Shown here: positions 37,725 to 48,200 of the stretch, piece by piece
How positions within the stretch are numbered: position 1 is the stretch's first letter
How the letters are laid out: each line of letters begins with the position of its first letter
Source of the DNA: a virus
Taxonomy: Duplodnaviria > Caudoviricetes
Length of the DNA: 64,000 nucleotides
IMG/VR virus record: IMGVR_UViG_3300026549_000029
Coordinates: 192,001 to 256,000 of that record
Direction: 5' to 3' (one strand)
Program-made: the position numbers and the translations under genes
Notes under the pieces: model-generated
The model's database searches: none
The model's input: only the letters and a program-made list of their open reading frames with translations
Told to the model about the DNA's origin: nothing

Positions 37725-38250
37725 TACTGTAACTAAAAATGTTAAACAGAAATCAGCATCTAAAAAAGATGAAATTACAGTTATGAAAGCTCTTATGAAT
37801 GATACCGAATATTCTACTAATATTTATGGTACATTAAATGGAGTAGATACTCATTATCCTTCTAAAGAATTAAGAAAAGTTGTAGCTAGTGCTGTATCTA
37901 ATATTACTAAGCTTCCTATTAAAGAAGCTACAGAATTAGCTGATAAGTATGAGTTTACTAAAAATGATGCTCAAGCTATGGTAAACCTTTCTAAAGAATT
38001 TGTGTATTCTTATCTGCAGACTGGAAGAAAACTTCCTCTTGGTGGAAGAATTGATTCTGATGTTCAGCTTGCTTGGAAGAGTATTGCATCTAGAGAAGCT
38101 AGAGTTCCTGCTAATAATTCTACTGTAATGATTCCTGAACATGGCGGAGTTAAAGCTATTAATAAAACTCCTGGTTGGATTATTGCTGATGAAAAAGGAA
38201 AGGTTATAGGAACTACTTATGACAAAGGACTTAGGGCTAATAAATATTAA
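37699..38250 (+). CDS. Basic hypothetical protein, possibly HU-like DNA-binding
   Basis: Start moved to MEKVRE (SD AAGGAG). Helical region followed by YLQTGRKLPLGG and a beta-arm-like stretch. Confidence 0.5.
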   Translation: MEKVREVIDTVTKNVKQKSASKKDEITVMKALMNDTEYSTNIYGTLNGVDTHYPSKELRKVVASAVSNITKLPIKEATELADKYEFTKNDAQAMVNLSKEFVYSYLQTGRKLPLGGRIDSDVQLAWKSIASREARVPANNSTVMIPEHGGVKAINKTPGWIIADEKGKVIGTTYDKGLRANKY

Positions 38251-38863
38251 TGATTATATTGAAAAAGGATATGTAAAAGTTTCATCAAATGAATTAATAC
38301 CTGGAACGGATTTTGATGATAGTTATTTTCCAGAAAATAAATGGAAGATAATAGAAAATAACTATAGATATGAAGATCCAGAAGCTCATTATTGGAATAT
38401 CTGTTCTTATGATATTCTTAAATATAATGAATCTACTAATGAATATGAACCTTATATGAATTTTGGTAGAAATTATCATACTCTAGGATATAATTTACTT
38501 GTATATGCAGTACAAAAAGGAGAAGAATTTATTCTTACTTCTTCTAACTATATGTATCTTACTATAATTAATCTTACTAGAAAAGAAATTAAATCTTATT
38601 TTTATGGAATAGAATTTAAGAACAATGATGATAAGATTATTAAAGAAGGATTCTGCCCTGTAAAGATTATATTCGATCAGATTTCTGATACAGAAAATAA
38701 ACTTATTGTAAATGGATGCTTCTGGGCTTGGCCTTATGAAAATTTAACTATAGAAAATGTAGATCTAAATGATCTCTCATGTTATAATTTTAATAATAAA
38801 AATATTAAAAGAGAATATGAAGAAATTGAAAAAGACGATGAGGATGATAAAGAAGAGGATTAA
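38219..38863 (+). CDS. Hypothetical protein
   Basis: 214 aa with GRNYH, GFCP and GCFWAWPYE motifs. Confidence 0.7.
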   Translation: MTKDLGLININDYIEKGYVKVSSNELIPGTDFDDSYFPENKWKIIENNYRYEDPEAHYWNICSYDILKYNESTNEYEPYMNFGRNYHTLGYNLLVYAVQKGEEFILTSSNYMYLTIINLTRKEIKSYFYGIEFKNNDDKIIKEGFCPVKIIFDQISDTENKLIVNGCFWAWPYENLTIENVDLNDLSCYNFNNKNIKREYEEIEKDDEDDKEED

Positions 38864-38866
38864 TAT

Positions 38867-39148
38867 ATGAGAGGTAATGAATTAAATAAAGAAATGATAA
38901 ATGATAAATCTTGGGATGAATTTAGAGACTCAGGATTACTTACATTTATTAATATGATTTTGCATGTATTTGGGTGGGCTATTATTTGTCATACTCATAA
39001 TGTAACTCATGAAGTAATTAGAGTATTTCCTGCTAGAATAAAATTTAGAGGAATTGATCAGGATTCCATGGATAGTATGTATGAAAATATTTCTGATTAT
39101 TTAAAGTTAAATGCTTATGAGTTAGCAGATGAGACTAAAAATAAATAA
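38867..39148 (+). CDS. Hypothetical phage protein
   Basis: SWDEFRDSGLL..IN.ILH.FGWAI...PAR.KFRG. Confidence 0.75.
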   Translation: MRGNELNKEMINDKSWDEFRDSGLLTFINMILHVFGWAIICHTHNVTHEVIRVFPARIKFRGIDQDSMDSMYENISDYLKLNAYELADETKNK

Positions 39149-39151
39149 TAT

Positions 39152-39182
39152 ATAAAGGAAGAGGAAATTCCTCTTCCTTTAT
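39152..39182 (+). terminator. Intrinsic terminator
   Basis: ATAAAGGAAGAGGAA-a-TTCCTCTTCCTTTAT plus a T run. Confidence 0.85.
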
Positions 39183-39249
39183 TTTTTTTTCTATAGTATA
39201 GTCAAATTCAACTACAACATAATAGATTATTTACTGAAAGGATAGTAAT

Positions 39250-42200
39250 ATGGCTAGATTTGATCCGAAGACCTATGCTAAGAATGTACTTAGGTCTGCT
39301 GGATATATTACAGTCGAATCGATTAAAGGTGTTAATCCTACCTTAACATCGTATATTACTGAAACAGCTTCATCTGCAAAGGAAATGTATGACTTTGCTA
39401 AAGATTTTAAAAGAAATATTAGAAATAAGTTAGATGAAACAGATGGAAGACTTACTAGGGAATTTGATAAACAGAAAAAGAATATTTTAGATGATATTCG
39501 TACAGGTAAGTTTTATAACCCTGAAAGAGAGAAAGCTGCTCTTAATGAGTATATGAAAAAAGAGGGTTTCTCTTTTGATGATTTAGACTTTGATATCGAT
39601 GAAGATTTTGGTGAAGACTCTTCAGAGTCTTCATCTGGAGAAACCAAAGCTATTAATTCTCTTTCTATGACACAGCAGAAACTTACTGCTGCTTCTACTG
39701 ATGAGATAGTAAGAGCTAGTAAAGCTAATACTAAGCTTAGTATTAAGACTACTAACAGAATGTTTGGTATGGTTAATAACTCTTTAGCAGTTATTAATAC
39801 TAGTATTCTTAATCTTCATCAGGATTTAGCTAAGCCTATTAATACTCATATTATCAACTCTGGGAATTTCTATCAGGCTGCTACTACAGAAATGGCTATG
39901 CAGACTAAATATTTAGAGAATATTAATAGAATTCTCACAGAGAGATATGAGACTAAGAAAAAAGGATTTAATAATACTGGATATAAAACTTCTGCTTGGG
40001 AAGATGTATTTGGTAATGGATTACCTAATTTGAAAAAATGGGGTAGTCATGCTAAAACTAAATTCATGAATTCTACTGCACTTGGAGCATTTTCAGATCT
40101 CTTATCCCCTGAAATGCTGGATATGATCTTTGAATCTGGAGCTATTAGTTCTCCTATTGCTCAATTAGCAGTATTTGGTCTTACTAATAGATTACAATCT
40201 TCTAAATTTGGTAAGAGTCTTAATAGAACAGAAGATATCCTTAGAGGTGGATTTACTCAATTAGCTGCTGCTATATCTACTAGAGCTAGAAATATATCTA
40301 AGAATAGAAAAACTGATATTTATGGTAAAGGTGGAGGTATATTAAGTGCTATTTTAGATGCGCTTGATATTACTCCTAAAGCCAATAAGAAAATTGATCA
40401 TTCCAAATATAATAGAGGTCCTGTCGATTGGGATGGAGAAAGTAAAAAAGCCTTAACTGAAGTTATTCCTACTCAGTTAGCTATGATTATTTCTCAATTA
40501 GGAGGAACTCCTAAAGTCTTTAATTATAAAACTGGTAAGTGGGAAACTGTTAATCAAGCAACTAAACAGTTCAAAGAAGAAAGAAGAAAAGCTATTGCTT
40601 CAGAGAATTATAGATTAAAAGATACTATTACCAGAGATTTCATCGATGAATATAATGCTAAACTTTCTACTGGTGAGTCTATGATGACATATAGATCTAA
40701 AGGAACATTAGATCTTTCTAGAGATTTTGATAGAGTAATGGAGTATTTTACTCTTAATAATATTGACTCCTTTGCTGATGCTGGTACAGTATTAAATGAT
40801 CTTGCACAAAAAGGTATTATTAGTAAAAGATCTGCTGAACAATTAAAGAAATCTTTTAATAAACATGCTGGATCTTTTAGTAGTGCTGTTTATAATAGTA
40901 GAGTTGGTAATAATAAATTTATGGCTAGTGCAGGTCAAGGAACTTTTGGTATGATCTCTAATGGTTCTGGTCTTGCTAAAGCTAGCTATAATATGAATAA
41001 AACTGGAGCTTATACCAATTCTATATTAGGTCTTAAAGATAATAAAGGACATGATATCTATTTCTATTTACAGAGTTTTTATAGTTCTTTTAAATACTTA
41101 GAGGATGCTTTAAGTACTCAGAATTTTAGTAGAGGCAGAGGAAGAACATTTAGAAGAAGAAATAATAGATATGATGTTCCAATAAGTGAAGAACTTAGAA
41201 GAATACAGGAACAAGAAGAAAGACAAGATCAAATTAGAAATAGAAGAGAGGGATCAAGTACTACTCGTATAACCGATGAGTATGATTCTAGAGAAGGTAC
41301 TTTCAAAAAATCTTCTTTTAATAAAACTGAACAAAGAGCTAAAGAGGATGAACGATCATCTATATTTACTAGAGGAATAGATAAATTTAATGATGCACTC
41401 TCTAAAATGTTCTTTGGTAATAATAATATTAACCAGATGATTGCTAATGGTGGTTTACTTGGTGCTATTAAAGATCTTCCTGGAAATATTGCTAAAGCTA
41501 TAGATGAGCTTAAAGATAAAGCAAAGAACTGGCTTGGAGAAAAGTGGAGAAATTTTAAAGAATCTGATTTTGGTAGAGAATATTTTGGTTCTATGAAAGA
41601 TCAAGTTAGAGGAATGGGTAGATCTGTATGGGGTCACGCTAGACAATCTGCTGGTCGAGTAGTAGAATTCTTCTCTGATAGAGGTTCTAAACCTAGTGGT
41701 GCTAGAGGTGGTTTTGTTACTAAATCTGGTATGGTGTCTGTATCAGAAGGAGAAATGATTATTCCTTCTGAGAAGAATCCTTTTTATAGAGGAAGAACTA
41801 ATAAGTCATCTCAAAGAGCTCAAGAAGCTATGAATTATCGCAGATGGGTTGCTCAGGGTGGAAATAAAGATGACTATTGGGGAAGTTATAGAGAAGGTGG
41901 AGAACCTTATAAAAATAAAAAAATAGTTGATAAAATTAAAGAATTAGTATTTGCTGATGCTTCTGAATCAGAAATTGAAGCAGCAGTTAAAGCTATTAAT
42001 ACTGGAGCTGCTAAAGGAAAAGCTAGTATTGATAAAATAAGAGCAACAGTTAATCAGATAAAAGAATCTGTTGAATATAAAGCAAAATTAAAAAAGCAGA
42101 AACAACAAGAATTATATGATAATGCAAAAAATAGTAAAATTGGTAAGAAAGTAATTAATGCAGGTAGACAAATTGATGAGTCTTTAGAAAATGCTTTTGG

Positions 42201-45200
42201 GCAGAAATATAAAGATAGTAAAGATGTTGCTAAATCTGCAATGGAAGTAATTAAGAAGTCTCTTCCTCAAACTATGTCCTCTGGTACTATTGGAGCTATT
42301 ATTGCTGGTGCTATGACTGGTTCTGGATTAGGACTTCTTGGTGGATTTGCTATTGGTGCTGGAGTTCATGTATTAAAGAACTCTGATGATATATCTAAAA
42401 AACTTTTTGGTGATGAAGAAGGTAAGGGAGGAATGCTTCCTCCTAAAGTTTCTAATTTTATTAAAAAGAGATTACCTAAACTTACCAAATCTGGAGCTAT
42501 AGGATCAGTATTAGGAGCTATGGGTATTGCTCCTGGAGGACTTCTTGGTGGTTTTGTACTTGGTGCTGGTATTGATATGCTTGCACATCAAGAAAAAGTA
42601 CAAGAATTCATATCTTCTGCATTATTTGGAAATGAAGGTGTAGATGGAAAACGCCGTGGTGGTATCATTGGTTCACTTAAAGTTAGAGTAGTTGATCCCT
42701 TAGCTGATTATGTAAAGACTGGAATAGGTAAAGTAAAAGATTTCTTTAAAAATACTATATTTACAAATGTAAAGAAACTTTTTGATCCTCTTACCGATTG
42801 GGTTAAAGGTAAGGGAACTAAAATGCTTGATGAAGTTACAGGTGGAATAAAATCTATAATTCATCGTATCGGAAGAAATATTGGAGAAATATTTAATAAA
42901 ACTATTGGTAGATTATTATCAGCTATTGGATTCACTGGAGATAAAGCCTTAACTTTTGGTGGAAAACTTGCAGCTCTTCCATTTAAAGGTATTGGTGGGC
43001 TTGGTGATGCTCTTAATAGACATAATATAAAGATGGGTTATTCTTCTGCTTCTGCTGCCGAAAGAGTAGCAGCAATGGGAGATAAAGCTACCGATTATGA
43101 TAAAACTTTAGCAGCATATGAAACATCTGGAAATATTAAAGGTGCTAAAGATTTTGTACAAAGAGTACATTTTTATGCTAATAGTGAAAAGAATGCTAGA
43201 AAAGCTCTTGCTTCTCAAAGAGAAGATTTAGCAGATACTATGGTAGCTACATTAGATAATGGTGGAGCTGCTGATCCTAAAATTGTTAATGCTCTTAGAT
43301 CAGCTATGCGAAGAGCTACTACAACTACTAAAGTTGGTATTGGTTTTAATAAAAAGAGTATTCAGCATACAGACTATAGTAGAGTAATAGCTGATATCAA
43401 AGCTGGTAAATATAAAGGTATAACTAATAAAAGAGCCGAAGAAGCTATTAAATTACTTACTGCAAAACAAGCAGAATTTAATGAAAGATATAATCAATTA
43501 GATAATTGGGGAGCTGCTCAAGAAGCAGAATTCTCTAAGGATGAATATAAAGGTTATGATCTTAGAGGATTATCTGGTAAGCTTAGCGATAAAAAATTAC
43601 TTAAATTAAGACGTCAGACAAATGCTGATTTAAGAAAAATTAGTGAAAATGATAGAGAGAAATGGATACAAGATGAAAATAAAACTCTTGCAGATAGAAT
43701 AGAGCAAGATAAAAATGAACATCCTCTTGATGATAAAAGAAATACTATTCTTGAAAATATTTTAACTCCTGTTAAAGCTATTGCTCAACATCTTGGAGTT
43801 AATTTACCTGAAAAAAATTCTTTTGATAAAGCTAAAGAAAATACAAAAATTCCTAGTGAAGAAAGTAAATCTTCTGAAAATTCTGGGCCCAAAGAAGGAG
43901 ATACAAGACAGAATCCTACCACTGGAGAAAATGAAGAATTTAGAGGTGGTAAATGGGTTCCTGATTTATCTAATAAAGAAACTAAGGATAAGAAGAATGA
44001 AGAAAAGGAAGAGAAAAATCTTAGAACAAGATTTTATAATTTCTTTCTTGGTGGAGGTCTTCTTACAAGTCTTAAAGGAATTTTTGGTATTAATAAAGAA
44101 GAAAAGAAAGAAACAATATTTGATAAATTAAAGAAATTACTTGGTGGAGCCGCTAGTGCTATTGGTGGATTTTTATCTCCTATTACTAGTGCTATAAGTG
44201 GTTTACTTGGTAATCTTGCTGGTGGTGGATTATCTGGAGCCCTTTCTGGTATCGGTGGAGCTATTACTAAAGGCCTTGGAGAATTTATTACTGGTGGTGG
44301 ATTAGCTACAGCTTTATCTGCTGTTGGTCTTGGATGGTTATTTAATAAAGCTCATGATAAGTTAGAAGGAACAGATAAAGACTCTAGAGTTCGTAAAGGT
44401 ATAGATCTTTCTACTCTTAAAAGTAGTAAAGATATGAATCCTTTAGAAAGAGCATATTATGGATCTAAAGATGTAGAAAATGTCATTAGAAATCGTAATA
44501 TGCTTGCTTATGATAAAGATGATTTTGTATCAGATTATGCTGTAGACAGAGGAATTAAAACTACTGGTTTTAATTTAGTTTCTGGAATGGCTTTTGGTGG
44601 GAAAATTGGATCTATAGGTGCTAAAGTAGTAGGAGGTACTGTAGGAAATATTCCTATTGTAGGAAAAGCTTTAGCTGCTCCTATGAAATATGCTTCTAAA
44701 TTAGGGTCTAATCTTCCAAAAGTTTCAGAATTTGTTAAGAAAGGTGCCACTAAACTTACTACTGGTGAAGGTGGTTCCGTATTTGGATCATTTTCGGAGA
44801 AATATCTTGGAAAAAGAGCTACTAATTTCTTAACAGATGTAGCTGATAATGGTCTTATTTCTACTATAGCTGATAGACTTAAAAGTATCTTTAACTGGGT
44901 ATTTAATAAACTTGGTATAAAACAAGCTGGAGCTGCTGCAGATGAAGCTGCAGAAACAGCAGGTCAAGCTATTGCACAAAATGGTGGTGCTAGTCTTGGC
45001 AAATTATTAAGTACTATTGGTACTGTTGTATATATAGGAAGAATTATTCTTGCTCTTGAAGATGGTTTTGAAAAACCTAGAGCAAAAGTTATTCTTGGCA
45101 TTACTATAGATCCCACAATTCCTCAAAGATTATTGGCAGCTGCATTAAATGCTATTAATTATGCTATTCCCGGAATTGGAGGACTTATACCTACTGAAGT

Positions 45201-48200
45201 TTTATTTAATGTATTATACTGGGTATTTAATAAATTTGGAGTTGATCTTGGTGGATTAGATAAAGCTAGAGCTGAAGCTAAGATTACTCTTGAGGAATAT
45301 AGAAAAGCTACTAATAATCCTGGAGCTACTCTTGAAGAATATGTTCATAATGAACTTGGTGAATATACAACACAAGAAAAAGTTAAAAAGGCTATTGGTG
45401 GTACTATTGGTAAAGTAAAAGATTTTGGAGTTGGAGTTGCAAAAGGAGCTAAAAATTTAGGTTCTAAAGCAGTTACTACTGTTAAATCTGCAGGATCTAA
45501 AGCTATAAAAGGTATTAAGAATTTTGGTACAGGAGTTGCTAATGGTGCTAAAAACTTAATAGCTGCTGCAGGAAATAAATTAGCTAAAGGAAAAGATTAC
45601 TTAAAAGAAGCTATAACTGCTGTCACTGGTCTTGCTGGTGATATGGAAAAAGTATTTATAAATAGATCTTCTAAGATGAGTGATGTTATTAATGTTAAAC
45701 CTAAAATCAAGGAAGATAATCCTCTTTATGGAATTACAAATGCTATATCTAATAATGCTAAAGTAGCTATAGTTCCTGGTTTATTTATAAAATATACAGG
45801 AATTAAGATTGGAAATTCTATAAAAGATTTAGCTAATAAAGTTAAAACTGCAATTGAACCCTATATTGAAATAGCTGGAACTATCGCTCAAGATATTGGG
45901 GATACCGTATCTCAAAATATTGATTCTTTTAAATCTGGAGATATTGTTGGTCTTTGGACAAATAAATCTACAGTAAGTGAAGATAATCCTTTTGGAGTTG
46001 TATCAACAGCTGCTAATGTTGCAACTTCAGCTGCTCTTACTATGCCTACAGTATATTCGTTTATAGGTCATAAGATTGTAGGCGGAATAAAATCTGTAGC
46101 AGAATTTGTAGTAAAAGAAGCTAATAATATTGGTGCTATTGGAAAAGCTACTAGAGAATATATGATAGCAGGAGATCTTAAAGGATTAATATCTTCTGAT
46201 AATTCTGATGCTGGTAGTGAAACTGGAGTAATATCTACAATAGCTAATTATGGATATAAATTTAGTTATTTAATTCCTACAGCTATAAATGCATTAGGAA
46301 ATAAAATTAGTGAAATATTTACAAAAGCTAAAAGCTCTATTCCCGATATTAAAAATGTGGTATCTAAACTTTGGGAATATTCTGATAATTCTAAAGATTT
46401 TAGTACTTATAAATCTACTGTAGAATCTTTCTTAGTTAAAGATAATTCAGATATTTATTCTGGTATTAATAATAGTATAGTATCTCTTACTGGTGGAATT
46501 ATGGAAATGGCTCTTAAAGTTGTAAGAGCTATACGTTTCATAGGCGATAAAGTTGGAGATGCTATAGAATGGGGTAAAGATAAAGTAGATTGGGTTGGTA
46601 ATAAAGTATCTAGTGGTTGGAATACCGCTACAACTATAGTAGATGATGCTGCTACAACAGTTAAAAACTTTGTTACTGGAACTGGATCTGGCATTCATGT
46701 TACCCAAAGAGGTTCTAATAGAAAATTTGGTTCTTCTAATGTAGATGAAAATGGCTGTGGTCCTGCTACTGCTGCTACTGTGCTTAGAGCATATGGTAGA
46801 GGTGGTAATCTTGATGATGCCGTATCTTGGGCAGAAGCTGGTGGATATGTAGCTGGATCTTCTGGTGTAGGTACAAGAGCATCTTATTTCTCTGATATAT
46901 TAGGAGCAAATGGAATTAGAACTTCTTATACTAATTCTAAAAATTCTATTAGAGGAGCTGTTGGGTCAGGTAATCCTACTATATTACTTGGACAGGATAG
47001 ATCTAATAAATCTAAAGTAAATTCTCCATTTGGACCAAATCCTCATTATGTTGTAGCTAGAGGATCTGATTCAAGAGGAAATATACTTATTGATGATCCA
47101 GAATTAGGAGCTCCTACTGTATATAATAAAAAGATTCTTAATAATGCTAAACTTGGAATACTTACTGGTGGTGGTAGTAATCCAGTTAAAGAATCTGATG
47201 GTGCTGTATGGAATTATCTTAAATCTGCTGGACTTACAGATGCTGGTACAGCTGGATTAATGGGTAATCTTTATGGTGAATCTGGAATTACTTTTAATAA
47301 ATTAGAAAAGCTTTGTGCCAATAGATTAAGAGAAACAGGTAAAGGTAATTATACCGATGAATCTTATACTGCTGCTATTGATAATGGTACTTTAGATAAA
47401 ACTCATTTCTTACATCCAAGATATCCAGATAAAAATAGTAGTGGTAAAGATTATCAATATGGCTATGGACTTGTTCAATGGACATCTCCTTCTAGAAAAG
47501 AAGGATTGTATGATCTTGTTAAATCTAAAGGCGTATCTATAGCAGATCCTAATACGCAATTAGAATATCTTGTATATGAGCTTAAAAATAAATATCCTGG
47601 AGTATATAAAACTCTTACTACAACTAATAATTTACAAGAAGCATCTGATCTTGTACTTAAAGATTTTGAAAGTCCTTCTGAATGGCAAAAACAGACTGGT
47701 ACAAGAAAGAGTTATGGAGAAACTTATTTAAATAAGTTTTCTGCTAATCCTCCAGCTAATACTAGTTTTGGAACAACAACTGCAGGTGTAAGTACTTCAT
47801 CTTCTAGTACAGCTTCTGGACCTGTTCTTGAATTCCCGAAATATAATCTTAGTGAGCAACAATTAAAAGGTGCTGCTAATATTATTCAGAATGAGCAAGG
47901 TGGAATTCAAGGTAGATATGCAGAAGCATCATTAATGGCAAACCAAGTTGATATGAAAGATGATAGTAGGGCTAATGCAGAAAACCTTATTAAACATCTT
48001 AAAGGCGGCTGGTTTGCTAAAGGAGCAACAAGATATGAAGAAGGATTTAATGGTAGTGCTAAAATTGAACCTTCTGCTCTTGCTGCTGCTACAGATGTAT
48101 TTAATAATGGTAAAAGAACTTTACCTAGATATGTAGATGAACATGATTGTTTTGCTGATTTAGCAATAATTAATGGAAAATCTACTGGACTCACTAAGGG